Shown here: positions 11,130-26,000 of the stretch, piece after piece
How positions within the stretch are numbered: position 1 is the stretch's first letter
Layout: each line of letters starts with the position of its first letter
DNA from: Geosiphon pyriformis uo1
Lineage: Eukaryota; Fungi; Glomeromycota
Length of the DNA: 64,000 nt
Assembly: GCA_016748015.1 (NCBI GenBank)
Contig: JAAOMT010000128.1
Coordinates: 1,805,538-1,869,537, forward strand
Direction of reading: 5' to 3'
Position numbers and translations under genes: made by a program
Notes under the pieces: model-generated
Seen by the model: only the letters and a program-made list of their open reading frames with translations
The model's database searches: none
Told to the model about the DNA's origin: nothing

Positions 11130-14100
11130 ATTTTTAAGAGAAGTTTTTTTTGTGTTTATTGCAATATTTCTTATTATTTCTTAAAAAATAAACTCTTTTG
11201 TTGTAGAATTAGCTGTTACTATAAATGGTTTTGTGCTTAAAAAAAAGTTAGCAAGAATTTTAATATTAGATTTAGTTAATAAAAGTCTGGCTTAATAACA
11301 AAAAGTGCTTTTGGGTAATATTAAGTATTCAAAAAATAAGACAAACATAAAATTTAGAGAAGTTAAGTAAATAATTGAGCAGTTTAGTAAAATAAATACA
11401 GATAAAAAAGTACTGGTAGTTTTTTCTGTTAATAATAATACTAGTTATAAAGCTGATAATAAAAGTAAGAGTTACTTTAATTTAAACATGAATATCTCTA
11501 AAGCCAAAAGGATCAATACTGATAAAATAATTAACTTTTTTATTGAAACATTAAGATATAGTTTAAATAATGATAAAGTTTTGTTTCTTTTTTGTCTTTT
11601 AGTGTTTTTGAATAAGAAATAGATTGATTTAAAAATTACCAAAACTTAAGTAAAAATATCTGTTAGAAAATTTTTTGTATTGAATATTAATTTCTTAGCT
11701 GTAAAAAACAAATTGATAATAGTAAAAACTTAGGTAAACAAATTTTTTTTTCAACAATCAATGGTTTTAGAAAGGTCACTATTTTCTTAAAATTTGAAAA
11801 AATTATTAAATTAATGTTTACATTAAAAGAAAATATAGAAAAGACTGTATCATTAACCAAAAAAAAGCATTATTGTAAACAATCTTAAAAAACAAAAAAT
11901 GTATTCAGATTAAATTATAGTAATCAAAAAAATTCTTATGAACATATTAAAAGAAATAATTATTACTATAATATTTAAATTTGGTCAAATTGTATTAATT
12001 TAATTGCAATTAATTGGACTTTGGCAAAAAACTGTAATAAAGTTTGCTAAATTAGCTTAAGCAGATTAGTTGACAGTTAGATAGTTATTTTTAATTAAGA
12101 AAAATTCAGTACATATAACCAAAGCTATAAAAAATTGCAATGTTTAGATGTCTAAAAATAGATTTAAAGCACTTTTGTTTATCTTGTCTATAAAAATAAC
12201 AGTTTATAATCTAGGCACTTTATTGGAAAAAACTAATAGAAAAACTTGTATTATCAATTTGTTATTTGAAACTAAAAATAAAATTTACTGTACAATAGTT
12301 AATTTTAAATCTAAAAATAATTTAAAATTTATCTATTATATAGAACCAATTTTAGATGATGTAAAGCTTTTTTAGACTAAGTTAAATTTGGTGTAATATA
12401 AAAAGTACAAATATTTTAGTCATTTTGCTCTAAAGTGTAATGTCTTTGGTGCTTTTGCTTCTCCATCTTTGAAAACATTTAAGAAGTTTATGTCTAATAA
12501 AAATTGCCTTTAGCTGGCTAAATTGTATATTAAAAAAAACATTTTTATAATTTGTTCTGCTATTTTTGGTAACAAGTTATAAACTTAAATAGTTTTATTG
12601 GCTTTTATTTTTAATAATATATACTTTAATTCTGGTTCTAAATTTTTTTTTTGGTTCTTTAAGTATTGGTAAAGTTTTTCTATTCTGCTAAATAACTTTT
12701 TTATTTGTGTTTGCTTAACTTTTTTAAAGTATTCTTTAAAACTGCTGGCTAATCAAGTATTTAGTATTATGTAAGCTAAATAATATAAACTTAGTGTCAT
12801 TGGATTTTTTTTTTCTCTCTTAAGTCTTGTTAAATTTTTTGGTTTTTGATTCGAAATTAGACTTAGACATGATTTTGGACAGTTTATAAGTGTTTTTTTC
12901 TCTTTTTTTTTTGGCAATTAATGAGATTTTGGTGTTGAATCTAAGTAGTTTTAAAGTTTTAATTACTAAGATAAACAGTTTAAAATTAAAATTAGTGGCT
13001 TTTGAGGTGTTTATTGGTTTAATTTTGGCAAAGCTAAATCTTTTATGTATTAATACAGGTTTTTTGACACATCTTTTGTTATAATAAGCAAGTTTATTTG
13101 GAAAATAACTACATATAATATTAAAGATATGAACAATTTGACTAAACAAGAGAACATTATTTGTTAACACATAAATAAAAACAATTTAATATCTATTATT
13201 ACAGAAACAAAACTGAAAAATAAAGTTTATCTTTAAATTATAAACAGATTTAAAAAAGTTAAAGTTTTTATTTTGAGTGTAAACTCCAATTATCTGAATT
13301 CTGGTATTGCTATAATAATTAATAATATTATTATTAGACATATGTACAAAGTATTAAAAATTATTAGTTAACTCTTGTTAATACAACTGTTTTATAAGAA
13401 TTGTTTTTCAATTTTTATTTTGAATTTATATATTAAAGCCATTTTGGAAAAAAAAAATAGCCCAGTTATATGACATTAATTCAATAGTGGCTAAAATTTT
13501 AAATAGTAATATATTTATAGTATTTGTTAGTAACTTTAATAAGAATAATTCTGGTTATAGTGTAAGTTTTAAAAATTTTTAAATATAAGTTTGTTCAATT
13601 TTTTTAATAGATTTTTGTTGTATAAACATCCTATATAATCTAACTTTAAAGAAATTAAAAAATACATAAACTTTGTTTTAGTTAGTAATGATCTTCAAAA
13701 TTTATATTTTAATTAATAAATATACTATCTGAATAAGTTTTTTAACAGAGATTATTTTATTGTATTAGTAGATATTGGTTTAAATAAATTTCTTAGTTTT
13801 TAGCTCAATTTAGTATATAAACAAGCCACTAGAGATAAGTGAAAGTTCAAGATTAATAATGTTAATAGGAAAGTTTAAGAAAAGTTTAGAAATTTATTAT
13901 TGGCTATTGTTTTGTTTATGGCCAATGACTTTAATAATTATAAAAAAAGCTAATCTTAATAAAATATGGTAGTTAGTTTGTCAAATAATGTCTTCTGTAA
14001 CTTATGCTGTTTTTTTAAAGACATAATATTAGAGTGTTAAAATGGCCAAAAATGCTATATTTTTTAAGTTTTACAAATTAGAATTGCTGGTATCAAGAAT

Positions 14101-17100
14101 TTTGAAAGCATACTGGTTAAAAAATTTGAAGCAACTTTAAATGTTGGTTATTAAATGAATTTATCTGAATTTTGACTAAGTAATAGAATTCAAGACATTT
14201 TTAGATAATAGTTATGACAAGATTCTAATTAAATATTTATTGGCTTATTTTAGAAAGATTTATAAATTTCATAAGATATTAGAATTTAAAGCTGTTAAAA
14301 ATTTTTGTATTAAAACTGTTATTGTTAAGTACATAGAAACTTTTGTTAACAATAAAAATTAAATAATAAAAAGTGTATTAAAAAAACCTTTTAAGAAAGT
14401 TACATTAGATTATTTGGTTGATAATGGCAAATTGGTTTTAGAGCCTGATTTAGTTAAGTATAAAATTAATTTTATTATAAAAAATTAAACAAGAAAGTAT
14501 ACAGTTAAAATTATTGTTTTTTTTTATTGGCAAAAACAATTTGCATTTTTTAATTATATTGAAAATAATGTATTTTTTAGTGTAATATTGCAAATTGGTC
14601 TTGATAAATTTTTGTCAGTAATTAAATATTTTTCTAATAATAAGACTGCTGAATTGTCTAATATTTTTAATAAAATATGAAAACATTGTGATAAGTTGGT
14701 TTTGAATTGGCTTTTGTGTTTATTTAACTTATATATAATAATTAAATCAGTTTTTAATTTTTGAGAAAAAGGCTTAGATGTTTATGATTTTAAAACTTTA
14801 TGAATAAAAAAGTATTCTAATAAATATTAAACCTATTACTTTTATTGAAACTACAAAAAAAATTCTGTTTAATTGTATATTTAGAGCTTATAGCAAGTAT
14901 AAAATTTTATATAAGGACAATTTTTTGGTTTTAAAAAACATTTTAATTTGGTCTTCTATTTTTGCTATTAGTTTTGTTGTCAAAGATGCTTTGGAAAAAA
15001 GTAGAAAAATTTAGTTAATACTTTAAAACATGTGTAAAGCTTATGATTTTGTGAAAAATAATTTAAAATAAGTCAAAATATGTAACAAATTTATTAAATT
15101 TTTTGGTCATATTTATAATAGCCATTGTTATCAAAAGTTTTTGAGTCTCTTTTTTTAAATATTGTTAATATCAATTTGCTGTAAATTCACATTTTTTAGA
15201 AGTTGTTGAACTTTTGATAACTGAATTTATTTTCAAATTATTTTTTATAATTTGAACTATTGGATTTATAAATAGAATAACTAGTTCTATACCAATTACT
15301 TGTATAGTTACTTTGCAGTAAAAGTTAATTTTTTCCTAAAAATTGCTCATCTAAAAGCTTATTAAATATATAATTACTTTGTTGTGAAAGTTAATTTTTT
15401 TACAGAAACTTTGTTTATAAGCTATTCTAATATATATAATAAAAAAAGTAAAAAAAAATATTAAAAATATTAAAAAAAAAAATTTTTATTAAGAAAATCA
15501 TTTTTTGTTTAGATCTAAAATTACTAATAAATTATTGAAATTAACAGCTAATTAATTTCAAAATATTAGTTAGGATTTGAAAAATTTAAGTACAGTTAAT
15601 TAATTTGTTTTTTAAGTGTTTGATTTTTATTTAATTTGTATTAAAAAACTTATTTTAAGAAAAATATTTTTTTTAATAAATATATTTTTTCAAAAAAAGA
15701 AGTTCTTCTTTTATATAACTTGTTATAATACTAGTTTATAAGTTTGAACTTTTTTTTTTGTTATAATTTTGATAAATTAAAAATACATTTTAACAAACTA
15801 TAATTTATTTCTATGAATTATTAACTATTTTAGCAAATTATTTATTATTTTGGCAAATTTTTGAATGTTATTTAATTAAGAGTATTGTATAATTTAATTA
15901 TTCTAATTTTTATTGTACAAATCAGATTATTAATTAAATAGTAATATTTAATAATTTTTAAATAATTAATAAGTGATAATTAAACTAATAATAATATATG
16001 CTAATTAATAATAAAAATTATAAGAGTAATTTTATGCTAATTAATGACTAAAATTCTATTAATAACATAATTACTTTCTTAAAATTGAGCTTTATTAAAA
16101 TCCAAGCACTATCTGTAATATCAAAATAGTAATCTAATATGATTGAAATAATTTAATCTGAAAATTGTTGAAATTTTATTTCTGTAAGTTTGTTAATATA
16201 TTAAATTTTTATTAAAGAAAGTATTAAATTTTGTAAAATATTTTTACAAATATTGAACAGATTATAAAGTCTAAAAACTGTTCTAAGTTTGTACTAAATG
16301 TTTGTTAATCCAGCTGCTGTCTTAAATTTATTGTAAATTTGTTTTGTATAGTTTCTAAAATAAGGTTTATTGTTTCAAGTTTCAGTTTTTGTTTATATAG
16401 TGTTTTTTTAATATAGAAATATTTATATATAAAGATATTTTTATTATTCTGTTTATTAAAACACATTTGAAGTTTTTGTTGTATTATGGCATTTGGTAAA
16501 ATATTAATAAAAGCAAATAAAAAATTTTTTTAAAGCTTGTTTTAAAAGTTTTGGTAAGTAATTTTTAGAATAATTTTTTGTGTTTTTTTATAAAGATAAT
16601 AATTTTAAGAATTATTTACTACTAGAACTTTAGTTTTTTTCTGAATATAATTAATTTGACTTCTATTAATTATTATAAATAAGTCAAGCAGTATTTTCAA
16701 AACTAATATTAATTTTTAAAATATTTATTAAATATTTCAAAAAACAAGCATTATAATTTAAAAGAAAAATAATAAATTCTGAAAAAATAAAAGAATAAAA
16801 AAAATTATTTTTAGTATAGTGGTTTTTATATATTTTTGGAATTGGGTATTTTTTAATAATTATTTTACTCTTTTTGTTTAATGTTTTTGTGTTATTTTAT
16901 AAAAAATTATTAATATAATTAAATAATTTAAATATTTAGATTTGGTTGTTATATTACAACTATTGTTCTAAATTTTAGAGAATATCTTCAAGATTAATTA
17001 AAAGAGAATATATATCAATTTGTGGAATTAATAATCAAAATTGATTCTGGAATGGTAGTGTTTCAACTGATTTTCATGTACAATTTTTGTTAGAATTTTG

Positions 17101-19990
17101 TTATCAAGTTTTAACTTGTATAATTTATTGCCTAAAATTTTGTAAATATAAAATAGTCTATTTTATTTATGATTAAATTTTTTATTTTATTGTTTTTTAG
17201 CTCTAATTTTGTATAAGAAAACTTTATTTCCAATTTTAAATTTGTTGATAACAATTAATAATTTGTTATTATGCTGTTTTTTTTGTTGTGCTTAGGAATA
17301 TTAGATATGAATTGCTACAATTTATTATTTTTGTTCAAAATTGGTTAAGACTTTGACTAATGATTCACATAGTGTTTAGTTAAATTGTTTTACAAATTTA
17401 TTTATTTGTAAATAATATAGTAATAATAAAGATTGTTTTATGTTGAATTGTTTGCAAATTTTTTATATCAGATTGTTTACAAAATGTGTTTTTTGATTAA
17501 ATAAGAGTTTAATTAAACATTTATGTTTACAAATTATGTTTTCATATATGAAATTTGCTACTAATTTTGTATCTGTTTTTTAAATAGCTCTAACTTTAGA
17601 CTATTTGGTAAAATAATCTATTACAACTATAATATATTAATTTTCTTAAGTTGTAATAGAAAGTAATCTGACTAAATTAATTCTTACTTTATTAAAAGAT
17701 TGTCTAACTTTAATTGGATTTAAAGATTTAGTAGAATGGATTCCTTTTTTTCTTTAACAAATATTATATAATTTTATATACTGTCAAATGTCTTTTTATA
17801 TATAAGACCAAAAATAATATTCAAGTGTTCTTTAAATTATACTATCTTTTTCTAAATATGCTAAAAATAAATCTGTGTACATTATTATTAAAAGTTTTTG
17901 GTCTTTTTTTTTGAATTTTGTTAATGTCTGTTTGCTGTTAATTTACGTTTTTTGAAAGCAATTAAATCTTCAATAACTGAATTTATTTTCAAATTATCTC
18001 TTATAACTTAAATTGTTGAACTTATAAATAGAATAACCAATTTTGTACCAGTTATTATGTGTAGTTACTTTGTAGTAAAAATCAACTTTTTCCCAAAAAT
18101 TGTTTATCTAAAAGCTTATTAAATATGTAGTTATTTTGTTGTAAAAGTTAACTCTTCTATAAAAATCTTGTTTATAGACTACTCTAATAATTATAATAAT
18201 AAAAAAACAAAAAAACAAAAGAAATATAAAAAGAAATAAAATTTTATTAAGAGAGTTGTTTCTGGTTCAGGCTTAGAATCATTAACAAATTACTGAATTT
18301 GGTAACCAATTAATTTCAAAACATTAGTTTAGGTTTTAGAAAATATTAAGTATATATATTTTAAAAATTGATTTTTAAAGTATATTTTTATTTTGAATTG
18401 TACTAATAAAAATAAATCTAAAGTAATATAAATCCAAGAAAAAATACATTTTTTTAAAAAGAAAAGCTCTTTTTTTATGCAATTTATTATAGTACTATTT
18501 TATGAACTTGAATTTTTTTTTGCTATAATTTAAACAAATTAAAGATATATTTTAATGAACTACAAGTTATTTTAACAAACTATTAATTATCTTGGTTACT
18601 TTTATTAAACAATTATACAATAAAAAAGACTTGGTCTTTGATTAAAAGTGTTTCTATCATTGGAAAAAACTTGATTCAAAGAGTTTAGTCTCCTATTGAT
18701 TCAGTTTGGCATGTGATTTCTTGGTTAAGTCTTCTCTTTTGGCTGGTCCACCTACTGTTGGCTTCTAGTTTTTAGATATTTGTGGTTCTAATAGTGTTTT
18801 GGAGTTGAAACATTGTCTTTTTACTATTAATCTGAAAGTTATTAATATCTACACAAATGGATTTTTGAATAATCTGAGTACATATAAGATAAGATGTGGT
18901 GCAACCACATATTTTTCTAATTTGGATTTGGGTATTGGTATTAAAGTTGATGGATTGGTGTCTTTTACTATGACAAAATTGCAGGTAATTGCTCTGGCTT
19001 TAGAATGTGTTTTTTTTGGCAGTTTGATTGTGATGTACTTTGACAATTAAGCTACTTTGGATGCTTGTGCTGCTGAGTCAATTTTGATTTTGCTGGACTT
19101 TTAGAATTGTTGTTGAATAGAGTAGAGAGATATGGTGGTTTCTATTAGAAATAAGAAACTTAATGTTTTTTGGTACAAAATTAAAAGTCATTTGAGTATT
19201 TTGGGTAATGAATATGCTGATGTGCTGGTTTGTTTGGCTGCTGGTTTGAATTTTGTGCTTTCTGTTCTGGTTGAAGATAAATTTATTAAGACTGGCAAAG
19301 TGATAGTGTTCAGGAACATTTGTTATTTTGCTTAAGAAGTTTTTAGAGATCTGTTCAGGTTTTATCTGACTTGGTGGAGTGTTTTGTCAGGTTTGAACCT
19401 AGTTTCATCTTATATTTTACAGATGGTTTCTTTGTATGTTTTTGATAATATTATTTATACCACTTTGTATAAGAGATTTATGTTCAAAGATTGGTTTTTA
19501 GAAACTTTGTCTATTTTTGATGGTGTTAAGATTGCCAGTAGAAATATTATAAATTTTGTTCAGGGCTTGAAGGCAGCTTACCATACTAATATATGGTTGG
19601 TTTGGGCCAAGTACAGGGCATTTATAGAGAAAAAGATATTAATTGGTTGTGATAGTTTATTGTTATCTAAGGTTTATAGTCTGTTATTATTATTCTCTGT
19701 TAATATTATTAAGTTGCTTAGTATTACAGAAGCTTTAAGTATTGGCTTTGGTTTTTGTAAGCTTTGCTGTTTTTTTTCTGGCATTGTTAGTATAATGTTA
19801 ATTATAATAGAATTATAATGTTGCTCTGACTAGTTTGAATGGCTGGTTATATGTAGAAAGTGCATAATTTGCACTTAATTTAGATTACTCAATATAATGT
19901 ATTGTGCTAGGTAGCATTTGGGCTTCACTTGTTAAATGTTTATAAAATAGTAATACTAATATATAATCTAAAATAGTAACCAAAAGTTTG
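11130..19990 (+). mobile_element. Degenerate non-LTR retrotransposon (LINE): ORF1 plus APE-RT-RNase H ORF2, interrupted at 15126-~18600
   Basis: ORF1 relic ~11200-13083 with a decayed CCHC knuckle (~12390-12440). ORF2 starts ~13087 as an APE-like WKI(T)T(Y)N(I)K...KQENII. RT motifs (PITFIET, KDALEK, KAYD) lie at ~14830-15050. RNase H IYT(N)G...LQVIALALEC...WYKIKSH..GNEYAD lies at 18850-19225. A 3' UTR follows 19818. Many stops. Confidence 0.85.
15126..18600 (-). mobile_element. Ty3/Gypsy remnant nested in the LINE: 3' LTR 16067-15126, PPT, extra ORF, integrase ~17880-17030, second (truncated) LTR copy 17883-~18600
   Basis: 15126-15830 and 17883-18600 are direct copies beginning TGTTATC/TATTATT. 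The minus strand gives an integrase zinc-finger and core relic (YYFWSYI*KDI*QYIKLYNIC*R ... VIDYFTK* ... VHENQLKHY). A purine-rich PPT adjoins the LTR edge at 16067. Confidence 0.78.
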
Positions 19991-20053
19991 TTTTTAAAAA
20001 GTAAACTAATTAATAAAAGTCTATTATTTATTTTAGTAATTTTATATATATGT

Positions 20054-23000
20054 TGTTATTCATAAAAAAAAGCATAAGAGAAATAATAGAAAAAACAGAT
20101 AAAAAAGATAGACTAATAAGAAAATAGTATTAAGCACATGAACACATTATTGGTAAATTATGGCATATTGCTTAACAATATGAGCAATATTAATAAATTA
20201 GAGCACATTGCTTAGCAATATGAGCATTGCTCAAGAAATTATAACACATTGTTCACAAATGTGAAAGATCTTATAGAACATCAATTATGTATATATAATG
20301 AGAGTATTAGAAACAGAAAAGACAGAATCCATAGTGAGAACACATAGTTAAAAACAGTTCCAATTCATATTATATATCAATAAATTATTAATTACCACTT
20401 GAATCCATATTATTATTAATTGATTAAAGAATATTAAATTCTTTCTGCTCTATTAACATTTTATGTTGATAAAATTCAACACTTAATTATACTGAAACAA
20501 TAGCTTTTGATTATAGCTATTAACAGAATATTAATTTTTTTTTCTTTTATTTTCTTCTTTATTTCTTTTATTTTCTTTTATTTTGTTTTGTTGTTTACTA
20601 AACTGATTTAAAAGATTAAACACTGATTAATTGATGTCAAGAATAATTTGGTAAAAGACTTAGAAATAAGAGTATAGAATTTATAACTTAACAAATAGCT
20701 TATCAAAAGGACATAACTGTTAGAATAAACTGGTTACTATGCTGAAAAAGAAATTTGACGAAATCCATATTTCAGAAGACTATTGAAAACAACTATTGAA
20801 TCTCTGTTTATTATACAAAAGACTCCAATCTCAAAACTTTTAGATACTAAAACTTTCAAATATTACCAACTATATTACTTACTAAGCACCAAGTTACAAG
20901 TTTGTTATTTGTTTTTACACTCCAAATAATTACTTGAGATTTACAAAATTTTTTTTTTAATAATACCATCAACAATTAGAATTAACCAGCAATTAGTGAC
21001 CAGCTGAATCAGTTTTCAATTGTTATGTTAACAACAAAATCATATATTTTTTAAGAAGACCAACAGATACTAAATCAGCAAAAGAAAATTTCTACAATGA
21101 ATTAATTCAATACACCAACTTATTATTAAATCTCAACTTTGCTTTCACTATTATTAAAATCAACTAAAAAATTGAAAGTTACACTCAACAAAGATTTTTT
21201 ATTATCTAAGCAGACAAAAGCAGAGGGAAATTGCAAACAGCTATTCCATATTTTTTCTAGAATATTGTTAACTTATGATATCAAAGCTTAATTCAGAAGC
21301 TCCAAAATTTCAATGATTTCAAAACTGAATTTTTAAGATACTTTAGTAATAATAACAGCATTAATTACCTTGCAACTACTTTCACTATTATTAAACAAGA
21401 AGAAACTGAAGCTGTTACCACATACCTAGAATACTTTCATAGAAATCTACACCAAATATAAGCAATTGACACAAATTACTTTACAGCACCACAGATTTTG
21501 AACTAGTTTATTTGTGGTCTATGCAGTAGTATCTTTTAGCATATAGGTCTATTGCATTTACAAACACTTCAGAATGCAGTTACACATTCTAAAGATTTCG
21601 AATTGGCTGAGCTGAAAGCCAATCACACTTAAGCCATAAATCTAATAATGAATAGATCATCTAAATTGAATTCCAAATTGAAACAATTTAGTAATTCAAT
21701 CAATCAGAAACTTGAAGAATACTTAGCTAATAATCAAGCCATTTATTAATTTTTACAATGTTGCAATAATTCAGAGAATCCAAATTATTTTTAAAATTAA
21801 CTGCATTCATTATCAACAACCAATTAACAATGGCAACAAGAGACATATAATTGCCACTATTGTGATAAACAAAGACATTTACAAATTGACTGTTGTACCC
21901 AGTTAAATAATTAATAATCAGGAAATCAATATCAAAATCCCAATCATGGATTTTAAACCCAAACTATGCCAGTAATCAATCATCAGAACAATATTAATAT
22001 CAACCACATTATGCTCAAGTGATGTAGCTAATTTATCAATCACCAATCTATTAATTACCAGCACCAGTAATTTATTAATTATTCCAGCCCCAAATTATTT
22101 ATCAGTCCCAACTAAATCAAAGTCAGCTGTAGAACTTATCTTAAAACAGAAGCCAAAAACCAAGAACTATTTAGATCTGCCAGAATTGGCAATTGACAAT
22201 GGTAATGCACTAATTAATCTCCAGTTTAGCAGCCTAGCAATCTAGATCTTAACAGCAAAATGTGGAAACTAGCTATGCCTAAAACTCAAATGTCCAACAC
22301 TATTTAAGTCTCTTAATATCTCCAGAAATTACAACACCCAATTCATTGGAATTCAATCAAACTTAACTATTCTTCAACAATATTCTACCAACAATAATCA
22401 CTAAAAACAAATCACTTATTACTATCTTTTCTTTTGAACTTGAGAAAACCATTAAAATGTCTCTATTTAATAGAGCTGTTTTTAATACTATATTAATTAC
22501 CACTATGTATACTAATACTAAAATCAATGGCCACTTTATCAAACTAATTCTTGATAATAAATCAACAGGCAGTATCATTACATAACAATTTATAAACCAA
22601 TTAAGTTGCCGAGTTGATCATGTTGTCAGTGTTAAAATTATTACAGTAAATAAAGCAACAAAGACTCTAATTGGCAAAATTAATGATTTTTCATTTAAAG
22701 TTAATGGCATCATTACACCAGTTAAAGTATTAATAATGAAAGCCATATAATACCAAGTGCTAGTTAGTAATAATTGGCTGTCCAAGATTAGTATTATGCT
22801 TGATTGAACCATGCAAAAACTATAACTTAGCCAGAATAGTCAACATACTTGGATACCAACCACATGCAGCCACTTCAAATTAAACAACAAAGTGCCACTA
22901 ATTGAATTTAAGAAAGAAGAAAATAAACCTACTTGGAAAGCCTACCAAGTTTCATGAACCAAAAAAAATCATAATATGCTACCACCAATCTTATTGTGGA

Positions 23001-26000
23001 ATGACAAAGAAAAAAAAAGAAAAGAGGACAAGCCACAAACTACTACCAACAATTGGCATACCTCGTACTCAGTAAACATAAAAAAAAAACTATTCTATAT
23101 TCTTCTCAAGTGTATTGATAACAAGAAAAGCTTTTATCCATAGAAACTTGAGTAGCACCAAACAAAAACTACTGAATATATATCCATTATTACTGCAAAT
23201 TATGCTACTAAAAATGTTTTGATTATTTAAAAAGACAAGAAAAGTGAGACAATAAACCATGTCTTACTTGTGGAAAAATGTTACTCAATAAAGAAATATA
23301 AAACAACATTTTTAGCTAAAAAAGAACATACAATATATTGTGTCAATACATGATTCTTATTAGTAATTGAATAAGCTGAAAAACACCTTTTAACACCACC
23401 TAAAACTAAACACTTTTATATTTAAATGGTTATCTATACAACAAAAACAAAATCTGGTAAATAGCAAGTGCCAAAGTCGAAAACACTTCATTCAATAAAA
23501 TATTGGCAATCAAAAACAATCCATCAGAACCAGTTGAGACCACTTTTATTCCAAATCCAAATATATTTCTCAGTATCCTAAGCAATCTAGAACAATTTTA
23601 TGAATACTATTAAGAATTGACATTCACTAGAAAGAAGCAAGAGCAATGTTTAGAACAGCTCAATACTCATCTATGTGATTACTGTTTAATTTTATGTAAT
23701 TTTTAATAATTGTAACATCATTCACAATTTACCACTATGCATAATTCAATCTTTGAAAAAGAAGAACCAATCAGTAAGTGTGCATTAGAATCAGAATTAA
23801 AATTCAATTCTGATTCAAACTCTAATAATAACAATAACAACAGTTTCAAATCTGTTTATTATGACAATAACAATAATAATTTAAACTTTAATTATAACTT
23901 CGAACAATATATTGTACTCCCAAATCTGTTGATAAAACAAGAACTTAAATGGTTTAGTGATAATAATGAAGATATTATGCCAAAACAAGTACATGATACT
24001 AATGCATAATTTGATCTTAGATATTTTGAAAAAACTGCCATTAAATTGGAATCATATTTGCACATCAACATTAATTTGAAAATAGCATTAGAAATTCTAG
24101 CAACAACAATGGTTCAATTAGTATTTAGATTTAGTTTAACAAAGAAAAAAATTAACATCAGAAAAGGAATAATTGATACAGAATATGTAAAAAATATCAT
24201 TGCAATGCTACAAAATAATTTAGAAAAATCATATATAATTGAATCAAGTGAAAAAATAATACAAATAATATTTCTATTTTTGGTAAAAATAACTCAATTA
24301 GTAATAGTAGAAACAAGAAAAAAATTAGAGATCACAGCCAGAGAGAAAAATGAATTCAGATCAATAGATAAAATAGATATACCAATTAATATGGCAGAAA
24401 AAAAAACTATTAATAAGGAAAAAATTATCTTCACTCATTAATCAGTTTTTATTTTACCATATAACTAACATATATTAGTAATAAAAAAAAAGTAAGGGAT
24501 TAGCCCCAGATTTTTGAAGCAAAACCAACTATTTGTAAATCAGAAAAGATTGAAATTACCAATCTCTATATATTAGCCAAAAACTACAAACACATCAAAA
24601 TTTCCATTTACAATATAACTAAAGACACCATCAAAATACCAAATAGTATCACTATTGGATATTTAAGTACTAAAGTTAAAAACCAATTACCAAATACCAT
24701 TCCAGATTTTTCACAACTGTACAGATATGTAAATATTACATTACAAATCATATATAAATAAAAAAAATGTTATTTGCTTTAACTAAAACAATTGGACCAA
24801 ATAAACTTGAGAAACTTAAACCCACTTCAATACATACAGCTTAAAATGTTACTTAATAATTTCACTAACATTTTTGCAAGTGAAAATAAGTTTGGCAGAA
24901 CTGATATAATCTAACATTAAATCAAAATTGGAAATGCTATGCCAATTAAACAACAAGCATACCAAATACCATCTACAAGCCATAAAATTATTCAACAAGA
25001 AATCAACAGAATGTTAGACAATAGGTTACTTTAATTATCAATGAATTCATAATCATTACCAATAGTATTAGTCTGAAAAAAGAATGGAAAGATCTACTTT
25101 TGTGTAGATTACAGAAAACTCAACAGCATTACTTGTGGAAATAACTATCTAATTCTACAAATCCAAAAATTATTTAATGCTTTTGGAAAAAAAAAATGGT
25201 TTTCTATATTAAATTTGAATAATAGTTATTCGTAAGTAGCCATAAATCCAGCCAACAAAGAAAAAACATTATTCATTACTTCATATTAGAATAATTTATT
25301 GGTTATACACCATATTTCAAAATTATTCAAAAATACTACTACATTTAGAAATGGAAACAATAATTATTAACCAGTGAAAAAAAATAAACAACTTATAAGT
25401 AAAAGACATAAGAACTAAAGTTGAACAAACAGTATTAAAAAAAGAAGTAGTAGAATTAATCCAAAATAGAGATTTCAATAGAGCTTAATATTAAAAAGAA
25501 GAAGATAATATTATTCATAGAAAAAAGCACAAAAGAAATAGTGGAAAAAACAAATAAAAAAGATAGACCAATAAAAAAATAGTATTGAACATATAAGCAT
25601 ATTGTTAGTGAATTATAGTATATTGTTCAATAATATAAGCAATATTAGTAAATTATAACATATTGTTTACAAATATGTAAAATCTCATAGAACATCAATT
25701 ATATATATATAGTGAGAGTATTAGAAGCAGAAAAGACAGAATTTACAGTAAAAACACACAATTAAAAACAGTTTAAATTCATATTACATATCAATAAATT
25801 ATTAATTACCACTTAAATCCATGTTATCATTACTTGATTAAAGAATATCAAATCTTTTCTGGTTTATTAACATAGAATATTAATAAAATTCAACACTTAA
25901 CCACATTGAAACAATAGTTCTTAATTACAGTTATTAATAGAATATTAATTTTTTCTTTTTTTTTTATTTTTTTTATTTTTTTTTATTTTGTTTTGTTGTT

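Noticed and set aside
23930-24441. Host DUT1 gene or a bacterial horizontal transfer
   Set aside because: It is intronless, stop-containing, embedded between Ty3 PR and RT, and repeated at the same position in another copy, so it is element cargo.
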